A DNA stretch of 37,610 nt from Candidatus Heimdallarchaeota archaeon (GTDB lineage Archaea > Asgardarchaeota > Heimdallarchaeia > Heimdallarchaeales > Heimdallarchaeaceae): NCBI GenBank assembly GCA_030668825.1, contig DAOVET010000021.1, positions 1 through 37,610 of the forward strand. The letters run 5' to 3'. Position 1 is the stretch's first letter, and each line of letters begins with the position of its first letter. Shown in pieces: positions 17,076-27,444 of the stretch. Position numbers and translations under genes: made by a program. Under the pieces are notes generated by a model. It had not been told where the DNA came from, did no database searches, and saw only the letters and a program-made list of their open reading frames with translations.

Positions 17076-18467
17076 ATGTTTGTCCAGAATAGATCCTCAA
17101 TAGTTAGACTATCGAGGAACTTCTCTGAGGAAAAGATCCTAACTTCCTTAGTAGATATTGTAGAATTTATTCTTGAACAAGCACAACCAAAAAATTTATT
17201 GTCTTCATTCATTTCATTCAGTGATGATAAATTAGTAATAAAAAATGACTGTTACGATTTAAATTCCTATGAGAACTTTTACTTGATTTCTTTTGGAAAA
17301 GCTTCTCAAACCATGTCTAAATGGTTTCTAGAACGTTTCCCAAGGTCTTTTTCTCGTATTATTCTCGTATCACCAGATAATCAAATATCAGATTTACCTG
17401 CGCTTGATAATTTTCATTTTCATAAAACAGGTCACCCTAAACCAGATCAAGATAGCCTTAATGCTGCTGAAAAAGTTATTTCTTTACTGGAAGAAAGTAC
17501 CTCTAAAGATTTGTGCATATTCCTTATTTCTGGTGGTGGTAGTTCTCTTCTTGAATATCCTGATTTTGGTTTATCTCTTGAAGAATACTCAAGATTAGTG
17601 GAAATTTTGTTATCTTGTGGGGCTTCAATTTCTGAGCTTAACACAATAAGAAAACATTATTCAAAAATTAAAGGTGGTAAGCTTGCTGCATTATCAGATG
17701 CCTTAATTGTAACATTAGTTATTTCTGATGTTGTAGGTAATGATCTTTCAACCATAGCTTCTGGTCCAACTGTTACCGATAATACAACCTGGAAAGATTG
17801 TGCAGATATTTTTGAAAAGTATTCTCTTAATTCTTCTCTTTCTGACTCAATCAGAAAAATATTGAAAAGAGGATTAGATAGCTCAATAGAAGAAATTTCT
17901 TCTGATTTAGTAGATTTTTCTCATGTGAAAAACTATCTTGTTGGAGATAATCTTGGTCTCCTTGAACTGTTGAACACAAAACTTAAACTTAATGCAATTT
18001 CTGAAATTATTGATCACAGAATCCAGGGTGAAGCAAAAGAAATGGGAGTAAGATTTGCTAGTATAGCTGGTACATTTTTAGCAAATTTAAAAGAAGACAA
18101 AAGAAGAACCGTTCAATATTTACTGTTTGGAGGTGAAACTACTGTAAAGCTATCTTCGTTAAGAGGTAGAGGGGGAAGAAATCAGGAATTAGCAATGTCT
18201 TTTGCCTTATCTACCAAAGATACTGAAGAGATCTATTTTCTTAGTTTAGGAACTGATGGTATTGATGGAAATTCTAGTGCAGCTGGGGCTATAGTTGGTC
18301 CATTTACAATCTCAGATAAAGAAAAAAAAAGAGAAGCGGAAAGGACATTAGCTGAAAATAATACCAACTTCTTCTTCAAAAAATATGGAGGAGAACTCAT
18401 AACTGGTTATACTGGAACTAATCTTATGGATATTGGTGTAATTTGCATAGTAATAGACAAAGATTAA
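17076..18467 (+). CDS. gck: Glycerate 2-kinase (DUF4147/MOFRL family)
   Basis: FGKAS, GHPKPD, LISGGGSSL, ISDVVGNDLSTIASGPT, GGETTV, GGRNQE, TDGIDG and TGTNLMD motifs. Confidence 0.93.
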   Translation: MFVQNRSSIVRLSRNFSEEKILTSLVDIVEFILEQAQPKNLLSSFISFSDDKLVIKNDCYDLNSYENFYLISFGKASQTMSKWFLERFPRSFSRIILVSPDNQISDLPALDNFHFHKTGHPKPDQDSLNAAEKVISLLEESTSKDLCIFLISGGGSSLLEYPDFGLSLEEYSRLVEILLSCGASISELNTIRKHYSKIKGGKLAALSDALIVTLVISDVVGNDLSTIASGPTVTDNTTWKDCADIFEKYSLNSSLSDSIRKILKRGLDSSIEEISSDLVDFSHVKNYLVGDNLGLLELLNTKLKLNAISEIIDHRIQGEAKEMGVRFASIAGTFLANLKEDKRRTVQYLLFGGETTVKLSSLRGRGGRNQELAMSFALSTKDTEEIYFLSLGTDGIDGNSSAAGAIVGPFTISDKEKKREAERTLAENNTNFFFKKYGGELITGYTGTNLMDIGVICIVIDKD

Positions 18468-19105
18468 TCTTTGCTCTTTTCATCCAATCTCTTTTCTAAG
18501 TTTCTGCTTTGCTGTGCAACGAAGAGGTCTGATAATGTTCTTTCAACTAGTACTCGTGCTGTGTCCTTTTTCCTTCGTAATTCTGGTATAAGATTCTTAC
18601 CAAATTCAATTTGTAGAAAAGTTCCATATAGTTCTTTCATTATGCCATAGAAGTATTTTGCAGTATCAATATCTCCTTCTACTAGGTTTTCTAAAATAAA
18701 CCTCCTAAGCTCACCTATGAGATCTGCTATACCTAATAAATACGATGAGTCTGTAACTTCAAGATCCTCTACAGGAGTAAATTTCTTATTTTCTATCAAA
18801 TCATAAAATAATCGGGCTTCTGTGTATTCTTGCATAGCTACACCAATGATACCAAGGTTATATGGTGCAGGATTTTCCTTCAGAATCTTGTTAACTCGGG
18901 ACAATTCATTTTTTGCTTCTTCCAACTTCTCTTTAGCTTGAAGTATTTGACCTCGGTGGAAATTTTCTATACTTTGCCCAGAATATTTAATTATTATTCT
19001 TGATAATTTAAGTAATTCTTCTCTTATGATGTCATTTTTTAGAAGCCTTTCCTCTATTTTTGTTGCACTATCTTGAAAATCTGTTGTGTCAACCATCTTA
19101 TTCAA
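18464..19105 (-). CDS. Translin/TRAX family protein
   Basis: MQEYTEA, YLLGIADLIGELRR and LRRKKD motifs; overlaps the convergent glycerate kinase stop by 4 nt. Confidence 0.92.
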   Translation of the reverse strand: MNKMVDTTDFQDSATKIEERLLKNDIIREELLKLSRIIIKYSGQSIENFHRGQILQAKEKLEEAKNELSRVNKILKENPAPYNLGIIGVAMQEYTEARLFYDLIENKKFTPVEDLEVTDSSYLLGIADLIGELRRFILENLVEGDIDTAKYFYGIMKELYGTFLQIEFGKNLIPELRRKKDTARVLVERTLSDLFVAQQSRNLEKRLDEKSKD

Positions 19106-19223
19106 TTAAACTCTTTTTTTTGGTATTTCAAATATTTTGTGCTTGATATCTATACTAACACAAAGAACAAAAATTTAATAGTGGCACTCTTTCTGTAATC
19201 AGACAGACTCTAGGACGATCATT

Positions 19224-20297
19224 ATGTTTCTTTCTTACTATGCTAATTTGGTGAAACAAATTGATGCTTCTTTAAAAGAATTCATGTACAAAAATGCCAA
19301 AGCAATAGATAACAACGATTTTTTACAATTTTACTATGATGAGATAGAACGGTTTCTTTTCTCTGGTGGAAAGAGAGTTAGACCAATTCTAATGGTTACA
19401 TCAGGAGCAGCAATTAATCCAGATATAAATGAAAATGGAATAATAAAAGCCTCTCTTTCTCTTGAGTTGTTACATAATGCAAGTCTTATACATGATGATA
19501 TCATGGACAATGCTGAAACTAGAAGAGGTAAAAAAGCCCTTCATAAAGTTCTAACTCTATATTCTAAGCAGAATTATAGTGATACCATCCAGAACCACGA
19601 AGATTTTGGTGTTTCAATGGGTATATTGGGTGGCGACTTTGCTTATAACATGGCTTATAAGGCCATTCATGTTAATGAATTCCCTCCAGAAACGGTTTTG
19701 AAGGCATCTTTAGAATTTAATGAAGGGTTCTTTAAAGTAGTTCGTGGAGTTATAGTTGAAACAGATCTCATGGGAAGATCCAGTGTATCAGAAAAAGATT
19801 ATCTAGAAATGGTTGAAGGTAAAACAGCTGCATTGTTTGATACAGCTACCAAGATGGGTGCAATCTTAGCAAATGCTACAGAATCTCAAATAGATAATCT
19901 GGGATTTTTTGGTAAAAATGCAGGAATAGCATTCCAAATTGTGGATGATATAATTGGATCATTTGGAAATGTTAAAAAAACTGGAAAACCCATTGATAGT
20001 GATATTAAAGAGGGGAAGAAAACTCTATTACTTATTAAAACTCTTGAATTTGCAGATGATTCAGAAAGAGAAACTCTGGGAGGAATAGTAGGAAATAGAA
20101 ATGCTAGTAATGATAATATAGAATCTGTCAGAGAGATTTTCAGAACTACAGGTGCTCTGAAATACTCAAAAAACAAAGCTGATGAATTATATAAATTAAG
20201 TCTGCAGTATCTAGAGAAAGCTGAACCAGCACTAGATCAGAAACATAAGCACTATCTCATTGAAATTGCAAAAAAAGCTGTAAATCGAGATAGTTAG
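19224..20297 (+). CDS. Polyprenyl diphosphate synthase (GGPP synthase-like)
   Basis: GGKRVRP, first Asp-rich motif LIHDDIMDNAETRRG, KTA, second motif FQIVDDII and DIKEGKKT. Confidence 0.93.
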   Translation: MFLSYYANLVKQIDASLKEFMYKNAKAIDNNDFLQFYYDEIERFLFSGGKRVRPILMVTSGAAINPDINENGIIKASLSLELLHNASLIHDDIMDNAETRRGKKALHKVLTLYSKQNYSDTIQNHEDFGVSMGILGGDFAYNMAYKAIHVNEFPPETVLKASLEFNEGFFKVVRGVIVETDLMGRSSVSEKDYLEMVEGKTAALFDTATKMGAILANATESQIDNLGFFGKNAGIAFQIVDDIIGSFGNVKKTGKPIDSDIKEGKKTLLLIKTLEFADDSERETLGGIVGNRNASNDNIESVREIFRTTGALKYSKNKADELYKLSLQYLEKAEPALDQKHKHYLIEIAKKAVNRDS

Positions 20298-20309
20298 TAG
20301 GGATTCTTG

Positions 20310-21101
20310 ATGGATTTGCCAACAGCTGAAATTGTTTGTTTAGGAAATGAACTATTAATAGGTGTAACTATTAATACAAATGCTACATTCATCGGTGAAC
20401 AAATTACGAGACTAGGAATAGAAGTTAGACGAGTTACAAGTATACGAGATGATTTGGAATTAGCTGTGGAATTCTTTCTTGAATTATTCGAAAGAAAACC
20501 TGATATTGTTATTGTATCAGGAGGTCTTGGTCCAACATATGATGATATCCAATTAGAAGTTCTTTCAAAAGCGACAAGTATTGAATTGATAAAAAATTCT
20601 AAAGCTCTTAAACAAATAAAGGATTTTTATGAATTGAGAAACTTATCTCTAACTGAGGATAGAGTGAAAATGGCTTATCTTCCAGTTAATGCGATAGCTT
20701 TTGATAATGATGTCGGAAGTGCTCCCGGATGCTATTTCAAATATAAAGAAATGAACATCTATTGTTTACCAGGGGTACCAACTGAGATGAAAGATATTAT
20801 GAATAGACATGTCATTCCTCAGTTAAAGGAATTGAATCGAAGTGAACTATTCGAGAAGAAGTTTCAGATTTTTGGTTGCGCAGAGAGTCAACTTGCTCCT
20901 TTCATTAAAGATCTAAAGGATGAATTTGAGAACCTATACATAAAATCTCATCCTGCTTATAAGGATAAACAAGGGATTGTTATTCATATATCAGGAGTAG
21001 GAGATAAAGCTAAACCCCTGGTCAAGACAGCGATAAAGAAATTAAAAGAATGTTTTGAAGACAATTTTACTGAAGCTAGAATAATGGATTTGGAAGAGTA
21101 G
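20310..21101 (+). CDS. CinA N-terminal / molybdopterin-binding-like (COG1058) protein
   Basis: GNELLIG...NTN, SGGLGPTYDD, GSAPG and LPGVPTEM motifs; no C-terminal PncC domain. Confidence 0.88.
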   Translation: MDLPTAEIVCLGNELLIGVTINTNATFIGEQITRLGIEVRRVTSIRDDLELAVEFFLELFERKPDIVIVSGGLGPTYDDIQLEVLSKATSIELIKNSKALKQIKDFYELRNLSLTEDRVKMAYLPVNAIAFDNDVGSAPGCYFKYKEMNIYCLPGVPTEMKDIMNRHVIPQLKELNRSELFEKKFQIFGCAESQLAPFIKDLKDEFENLYIKSHPAYKDKQGIVIHISGVGDKAKPLVKTAIKKLKECFEDNFTEARIMDLEE

Positions 21102-21106
21102 ATAAA

Positions 21107-21886
21107 ATGGCAAAAAGATATTATACAATTTTTATGTTAGGTACCGCTGGTAGCGGAAAAACAGTTTTAACAAGGACCCTTCTTGATTGGTTCAACGAAA
21201 AAAAATTAGATGTTATTACACTTAATCTTGATGCAGGAGTCAGACGATTACCCTACAACCCCGATATAGATGCAAGAGATATTGTAAATATAGATCACTT
21301 GACTGATAAACTAGATTTGGGACCAAATGGTGCTATGATTGCCAGTATGGACCTTATTGCAACAAAAGTTGATACTATTCGAGATGAGATTGATTATATT
21401 AAGCCCGAATACTTACTTATAGATACACCAGGTCAAATTGAGTTATTTGCTTACAGAAGCAGTGGAAGGTTAATTTCCTCAGTTATAGCTGAAGGTAGTC
21501 AACCAGCTTCTATCTTTTTAATTGATCCTTCTCTTGCTTTAAGACCAGAAGGATTTTCTAGTATTTTATTACTCAGTGTTTCAGTTGCATTTCAATTGGC
21601 TTTACCTCAAATAACTGCTATATCAAAGTCTGATATAATTGAAAAAGCTCAAATGGAAAATCTCGATAACTGGATTGATTCTCCAGAATCATTAGTTACC
21701 GATTTACAGAGCAGTGGTAAAGTTTCCTTATCTCAACAACTGGGTATGAGCATTATAGACATTTTGCAGCAGTTTAAATCCACAGGTGATTTGCTTCCTA
21801 TTAGTTCAAATACAGGTCACAACATTGACACACTAATCGCGTTGTTAGAGCGAGATTGGGGTCAAAGAGATGATTTCTATGAATAA
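21107..21886 (+). CDS. GPN-loop GTPase
   Basis: GTAGSGKT, NLD, LGPNGA, DTPGQIELF and SKSD motifs. Confidence 0.95.
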   Translation: MAKRYYTIFMLGTAGSGKTVLTRTLLDWFNEKKLDVITLNLDAGVRRLPYNPDIDARDIVNIDHLTDKLDLGPNGAMIASMDLIATKVDTIRDEIDYIKPEYLLIDTPGQIELFAYRSSGRLISSVIAEGSQPASIFLIDPSLALRPEGFSSILLLSVSVAFQLALPQITAISKSDIIEKAQMENLDNWIDSPESLVTDLQSSGKVSLSQQLGMSIIDILQQFKSTGDLLPISSNTGHNIDTLIALLERDWGQRDDFYE

Positions 21887-21899
21887 AACCATAGCAAAA

Positions 21900-22670
21900 T
21901 TAAGTCCCATATCTTCTCTGTCTTCTTTGATATGTTCTAATTGCTCTCCACAAATCTATTTTTCTAAAAAGTGGCCAATGAACCTCTGCAAAATAATATT
22001 CAGAAAATGCTGATTGCCATAAAAGAAATCCTGACAATCTTTCTTCTCCCGACGTTCTAATGATTAAATCAGGATCTGGGATACCGTCAGTGTATAAGTG
22101 ATTACTGATTAATTCTTCATCAACATCATCAAAGTTAATGCTCCCCTCTTTCATTTTATCTAATATCTGTCTCAATGCGTCTACAATTTCTGCACGACCT
22201 CCATAAGCCATACAAAGATTGAGAACATATTTATCGTGATTTTTGGTTGCATCTTCTGTTAATTTTATCTCTTCTTGTACATTTTTAGGTAGTAGGTTTA
22301 ATCTTCCTAGAACATTTACTTTTACTTTATTTTTAGCTATACGTTTGTCCTCTCTGATTCTTCTCAAATTTTCAACTGCAAGTTTCATAATGGTTTCTAC
22401 TTGCTTCTTAGGTCGCGAAAAATTTTCCGTTGAAAATACCCAACAGGTAATTACCTCTACCTCTAATTCCCAACACCAATTAAGAACCGCTTCAAGTTTT
22501 TCAGCACCAAGTTCATAACCCGTTTTATAATCAATACCCATCATTTTACTAGCTCTTCTATTTCCATCTAAGATAATTCCAATATGTTTTGGAATAGGTT
22601 TGTTTTTTATTTCAGCAAAAAGTCTTTTCGCATATATTTTATAGATGAATTTGGGTATTTGTAATCGCAT
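21900..22670 (-). CDS. uppS: cis-prenyltransferase (undecaprenyl diphosphate synthase family)
   Basis: PKHIGIILDGNRR, FSTENFSR, YGGRAEI, PDLIIRTSGEERLSGFLLWQ and C-terminal RRYG motifs. Confidence 0.96.
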   Translation of the reverse strand: MRLQIPKFIYKIYAKRLFAEIKNKPIPKHIGIILDGNRRASKMMGIDYKTGYELGAEKLEAVLNWCWELEVEVITCWVFSTENFSRPKKQVETIMKLAVENLRRIREDKRIAKNKVKVNVLGRLNLLPKNVQEEIKLTEDATKNHDKYVLNLCMAYGGRAEIVDALRQILDKMKEGSINFDDVDEELISNHLYTDGIPDPDLIIRTSGEERLSGFLLWQSAFSEYYFAEVHWPLFRKIDLWRAIRTYQRRQRRYGT

Positions 22671-22798
22671 AAAATAAACCTACTTGAGATTTTTCACATT
22701 TTCAAATGATTGTTGATGATTTTAGGAATAGCTCTTTATTAATCCTTTTTTTGGTTACTTTTTCCAAAATTAACTTAATAGATACAAGATTGTCTATT

Positions 22799-23707
22799 TC
22801 AGATCATTCCATTTTCTACTAGCAATCTAAACTCATCAAGAGATAGATTTTCTCCATTTTCATATTTCTCGAATGCTTTATCAACACTTTCTTGTATATT
22901 AGATTTGATTCTTTCTCTAATCTTTTTTCTGTGCTCGTTTTGAGCTTCCTTGAGTTGCTTCTTTAGCTCATTTTTTTCGGTAACCTTTGAAAGAAAATCT
23001 TTATGATAATTATCTGCTTTTTTCTTGTTATTCAAGAAATCCTTATGATAGTCATTTGCTTTTTTTCTCAAAGCATTAACTTGTTGAAAATGTTGATTCA
23101 TTAGATTGTGATAAATTTGGGATTCTTTTGCATAATCAACTATTTGAGAATGTAATTTATTGATTTGTTTTTGGGAGGATGAAATTTTTTTCCATAATTC
23201 GGTTTGATGAGTTGTGATGTGAACTTCTTCTGCTAATCTATTTAGACTTTCAGAGAGTTTTTCCAAAATCTGAATCATCTCTTTCTCTTCTTCAGGTTTC
23301 AGAACACTTGTTTGCAAATCCCATTCCAATTTGTCTATCTTGCTGCTAAGATTGCTCATACTTCTTCTTTTTTTTTGAATATCCCCTTTATCTAGGAGTT
23401 TCTCTTTCTCAACAATTTCTTCTAGGGCCTCCTTATTAACATGTAAACCTTCAAACAATTCTTTTTGTTTTAGCTTTAATTGCTTAACTTGAGTGTTTAA
23501 ATCATCACGTTTAACTGTATATTCTTTAGCTTTTTCCAATAATTGATGAATCTCTTCATTAATCTCATTTCTTAATCCAAGAGAATCTTTTGTGAGCTGG
23601 TTAAATTCGTTTCTTTGATTCTTAAGAACAGTAATGTTTTCCTCTAATTTGCTTAGTTTTACTACTAAATCATCGCCTGCAAATTGTTCGTTAGTTAATT
23701 CTCCCAT
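22799..23707 (-). CDS. Archaeal coiled-coil protein (COG1340-like)
   Basis: Heptad-rich throughout (RNEFN...RNEIN...RDDLN), LEWDLQT and terminal AFEKYENGENLSLDEFRLL. Confidence 0.78.
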   Translation of the reverse strand: MGELTNEQFAGDDLVVKLSKLEENITVLKNQRNEFNQLTKDSLGLRNEINEEIHQLLEKAKEYTVKRDDLNTQVKQLKLKQKELFEGLHVNKEALEEIVEKEKLLDKGDIQKKRRSMSNLSSKIDKLEWDLQTSVLKPEEEKEMIQILEKLSESLNRLAEEVHITTHQTELWKKISSSQKQINKLHSQIVDYAKESQIYHNLMNQHFQQVNALRKKANDYHKDFLNNKKKADNYHKDFLSKVTEKNELKKQLKEAQNEHRKKIRERIKSNIQESVDKAFEKYENGENLSLDEFRLLVENGMI

Positions 23708-23832
23708 TTGTTCAGCTCAAATTCTGAAAAGTGATTGTTTTTAAAGGTTTTTCGTAAGATGACAATAGTTTTCGTTGTAAAAATAAATATTATTAGTTTG
23801 TACTGAATGAAATAAAATGGAGAAAAGTAAAG

Positions 23833-24222
23833 TCAGCTAAGTTGTCGTTCAACTTCTTGAGCTGCTCTAGCCATATCCAGAAATACTAAACCTAATTTTG
23901 CTTCCTTTCTAGCTGAAACAGTTAGTACAGCATTTTGTCCAGCAGCTAAAGTAATAATGTATCCGTAAGCGCCTTCAATGAAGATTTTTTCTAATTCTCC
24001 TCTTTGCATCTCCTGAGCTACCCTTTCCCCTAGAGAAAGCATTGCGGCAGTCATTGCAGCTAAACGTGCTTCTTCAATTTCTTGTGGTAGTACTGAAGCT
24101 ATAGGTAATCCTTCTATTGATACAATTGCTGCGCTCTCAATTTCAGGAACTTTAATTTTCAGATCACTTAATGTAGTCTTTAATTCATTTGTTTTATTTT
24201 CGAATGTTATTCCAAAAGCCAT
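23833..24222 (-). CDS. Roadblock/LC7 protein, MglB type
   Basis: IESAAIVSIEGLPIASVLP, RLAAMTAAMLSLGER, IFIEGAYGYII and AKLGLVFLDM with a C-terminal helix. Confidence 0.93.
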   Translation of the reverse strand: MAFGITFENKTNELKTTLSDLKIKVPEIESAAIVSIEGLPIASVLPQEIEEARLAAMTAAMLSLGERVAQEMQRGELEKIFIEGAYGYIITLAAGQNAVLTVSARKEAKLGLVFLDMARAAQEVERQLS

Positions 24223-24506
24223 CTGGATTACCTGCTTTTTGATTGCTTAGCTTTGCTTTATAAATTCAGCTATTACTTGTACGCTTATCTCAACATTGCT
24301 TTTAAACTTATTTGGTTGGGCAAGAGACTGCTCTAGATTAAAGCTCTTCTAGTTTTTCTTTTTGTTATAAAACATATTCTCGTATCTCTTCTGTTGTTAG
24401 AAGTTTTGCTATAATTTTTCCGATATCCATTATTTTTTTAAGCATTTTAGTTAGTTTTATTACATAAGATTAACACAATATTTCTTCCTTGTAAAAATGC
24501 TCAATT

Positions 24507-25721
24507 TTAGAATACCAGTTTCATTTTCTTACCAGTGAACTCAGCAATTCTCTCTTCAACAGATTTAGAAATAGATGCAATTTTATCATCAATTTCTTCC
24601 TTTTCTCTTCTAAGTGAGAGTGTTATACGGTTTCTATCAATTGTAAGATTATCAATCTCTTGTTCAAATTTTTTTATCTTAACAAAAAGTTGCATATCTT
24701 CAAATTTGTGATTTATAGCTTCATTTTGTTTTATAATGTATTGAGCTCTCTTCTGATTTTCTAACAGCTCATCATTAACTATTTCATCAATATTATCAAA
24801 TGCTCTTTGAAGTTTTTCTTTCTTCATCTGAATTGAAGGGTCAAGACTTATTTCTTTTAGAGTCTGAAGAGCTGCTTTAACTTCTCGATATCCTTCTGAT
24901 TCTTTAATGAAAAGACCTAAAGGATCTTTTATCAAACCCTTCATTATATCTTTATCATAATTATCTAAAATTATTTTCTTATTATCTGATGCTCTAAGTA
25001 CCTTATTGCAGAGTTTTTTAATTTCAGAAACTTTATTGGAAATTGAAATTTCTATGTGTTCTAGTTCCTTTTTATTATTTTCCGATTGAATGAAACCTGG
25101 ATGATTTTTCAATTCATTTAGCTTTTTCTTTTGCTTGTCGATTTCCTTAGTTAACTTCTCTACTTCATTTGCATGTGAGTTTATTTCCTCTTCTAGTTCA
25201 TTGTCCCTTTGTACTAAATGAGTAAGATTTTCAATGTCATCGAGCACCTTCTCTTTTGGAACAATCTCTGAATAATTAACCATAGTTTTTGTTTCAAAGT
25301 GATGTATTTCTTCTTTAAGTCTTGTAAGAGTTCTATCCAAGCTCTTGACTTTATCTTTGTAAGATCTATCTCTTTTCAACCAAGATAAGTACTTTGCAAG
25401 AAAACTCATGTATGAATTTAATTTATTCTTTAGAACAGCTGCAAAATTCTCAAGGTTATTGTAAGTAATGTTTTCTGGAATTTCTATATCATCAAATAAC
25501 TCGTTAGTTTTGATATAGATCGTTGTAGCATAATTTTGGTAAACATCAGGATCTTTTATATCAGAGTAATCAAAACGATGTGCAGAACTTTTTAATTCCT
25601 CAACTTTATCATTAATAGATCTAATTTGTTTTGATGCACTATTTCTATAACCAGAAAAAGATGAAGATACTCGACTATTAAACCATTCAAAGGCTTTCTC
25701 TAAAGTTAATTCTTGGGACAT
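24507..25721 (-). CDS. Long alpha-helical coiled-coil protein of unknown function
   Basis: 404-aa ORF rich in E/K/L heptads; no Walker motifs or transmembrane segment. Confidence 0.75.
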   Translation of the reverse strand: MSQELTLEKAFEWFNSRVSSSFSGYRNSASKQIRSINDKVEELKSSAHRFDYSDIKDPDVYQNYATTIYIKTNELFDDIEIPENITYNNLENFAAVLKNKLNSYMSFLAKYLSWLKRDRSYKDKVKSLDRTLTRLKEEIHHFETKTMVNYSEIVPKEKVLDDIENLTHLVQRDNELEEEINSHANEVEKLTKEIDKQKKKLNELKNHPGFIQSENNKKELEHIEISISNKVSEIKKLCNKVLRASDNKKIILDNYDKDIMKGLIKDPLGLFIKESEGYREVKAALQTLKEISLDPSIQMKKEKLQRAFDNIDEIVNDELLENQKRAQYIIKQNEAINHKFEDMQLFVKIKKFEQEIDNLTIDRNRITLSLRREKEEIDDKIASISKSVEERIAEFTGKKMKLVF

Positions 25722-25875
25722 AGATGTCTACCTACGACAGATTTGAGCATATATAATTATAACGTTATCTAATTGGAAGATGGTGTATTTTAAATTATTT
25801 GCAGAAACAATGTTATTTCTATTGATTATTCACCTTAAGCGAAATTTTGTTAAGTAATCTTCTGAATCTCTCTTA

Positions 25876-26298
25876 ATGAAGCCTGTATCTTTTATTTGTT
25901 GTGGTCACAAGAACATCATCTCTACTCACAAATCCACAATGGAATTTACTACTGATTCATTTTTATCACTTAAGGGTGATTGCATTGTTGGGGTAAATTC
26001 ATCTCTTAGTCTGAAGAATCTGCCAGAAGAATTCAAAGAGAAAATAAGAAGAGAAAATAGTCAAATCAAAATTGTTCTTCAAATAGGGGAGAATATAGAA
26101 GAAATTTTAGGACATGGCAATCCAAATTTACAATTATCTGATTCTAGGGCAATCATTGTAAGAAAAAGCTCGTATACTTGCCCCAAGACTTTAGCAATTA
26201 AAGCTAATAAAGCAGCTTGCAATATTTCTAAGGATATTGTTGAAAAGCTAAAAGATTCTGATTCTCTGCTTAAAGTTACTATTTATGTTGAGGAGTAA
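25876..26298 (+). CDS. DUF371 family protein
   Basis: GHKNIISTHKSTMEFT, GDCIVGV, IVRKS and TLAIKANKAA motifs. Confidence 0.9.
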   Translation: MKPVSFICCGHKNIISTHKSTMEFTTDSFLSLKGDCIVGVNSSLSLKNLPEEFKEKIRRENSQIKIVLQIGENIEEILGHGNPNLQLSDSRAIIVRKSSYTCPKTLAIKANKAACNISKDIVEKLKDSDSLLKVTIYVEE

Positions 26299-27352
26299 TT
26301 GATGCTTCTAAGCACGCATGAATCTCCCTTGGAGCGCTCTCTCTTATCTTTTCAAAACTTATAATCTCCTCAATAATCCAATTCTGCTCATTTAGTTTCT
26401 CTTCTAGTATCTTCTTCATTTCCTCTAAAGGTTTTAAATCAGAAACAAATTGATAGAAGTATATAATACTACCAGGACTTGCTACATTACATGCCACATC
26501 AATATATTCGTGAGCTTTACCGGGTAAATTCAATATAATTCTATCTGCTTTGGGCAATGTATCTTTTACATGCCTACAATCACCGTGAGTTAGTATTATC
26601 ATCCCTTTAGGCTTATTATTTTTAATTGATTTTTCTAAACACTTCAATGCATCTTTATTAATATCAATTGCATGCACGGTTATAGTTTTGCTCTTAGCTA
26701 TGTGTAATGGAAAAGAGCCTACTCCTGTAAAAAGATCTATGATGATTTCTCCTTCTTTACACTTATCAGCTACTCTCTTATGTTCATGCCCTAGTCGAGG
26801 ACTAAAATATGCTCTACAAACATTAACAATAATTTTTATTCCATGTTCAGTATGAGCCGTTACACATTTCTTTTCTCCAGATAAATATTCTATCTCTCTT
26901 ATTCTCAATTCACCAGAGACTGCTGAAGCTTTTCGATAAACAGTTTTTATAGAGGGAAATAAAGAAAGAAGAGCTTTACCAAATTCAGGTTTATAAGATA
27001 GAATTTCTTCTGGAATATCAATAATAACAATATCTCCAATAATATCATATGCTTTAGGAATATACTCTTGCAGATTTTCAGGGATGGCATCTTTAACGGC
27101 TTCAAATAAATTCTTGGGTTGTTTTGCCTTTTCAATAAAAGCAAAAACATCAACACTGTAATCAAAATCTATAGCTGCTGATTCTAGTAAACTTCTGAGA
27201 TTATCATCAGTAATGTTAACTGGGATTATTATAGTTTTATCCTTTCTGATAAACTCTAAATCTACGTTAATGATTCGATGTTTCCTAAGAATACTTAAAA
27301 TGTTCTCGGCTTTAGAATACAGTATTTGAATACCAAGTGAAGTATATTTCAT
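26279..27352 (-). CDS. trm5: tRNA (guanine37-N1) methyltransferase, Trm5/Met-10+ family
   Basis: YDIIGDIVI, GELRIR, EHG, AYFSPRLGHEHKR, DLFTGVGSF and ADRIILNLP motifs. The Trm5a/b/c subtype cannot be resolved by eye. Confidence 0.85.
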   Translation of the reverse strand: MKYTSLGIQILYSKAENILSILRKHRIINVDLEFIRKDKTIIIPVNITDDNLRSLLESAAIDFDYSVDVFAFIEKAKQPKNLFEAVKDAIPENLQEYIPKAYDIIGDIVIIDIPEEILSYKPEFGKALLSLFPSIKTVYRKASAVSGELRIREIEYLSGEKKCVTAHTEHGIKIIVNVCRAYFSPRLGHEHKRVADKCKEGEIIIDLFTGVGSFPLHIAKSKTITVHAIDINKDALKCLEKSIKNNKPKGMIILTHGDCRHVKDTLPKADRIILNLPGKAHEYIDVACNVASPGSIIYFYQFVSDLKPLEEMKKILEEKLNEQNWIIEEIISFEKIRESAPREIHACLEASITPQHK

Positions 27353-27444
27353 TATCTTTTTCCCTTAAAGAAAGCTTTTAAGACTTATTTCTATCTGTTG
27401 AAGGTATACTCGATTACCGATATATTAGTTTAGCGTGATTTAGG

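Noticed and set aside
18701-18716. CTCCTAAGCTCACC, loosely resembling the tRNA-Lys(UUU) 3' end (possible att site)
   Set aside because: Imperfect, on the opposite strand from the tRNA, and inside the conserved translin motif GELRR; no integrase present.
24365-24430. 21-codon minus-strand ORF MDIGKIIAKLLTTEEIREYVL upstream of the MglB-type gene
   Set aside because: Too short, with no clear SD or motif; cannot be told from chance.
24507-25721. SMC/Rad50/SbcC or ESCRT-III assignment for the coiled-coil protein
   Set aside because: No Walker motifs, zinc hook or recognisable Snf7 pattern; similarity would be generic coiled coil.
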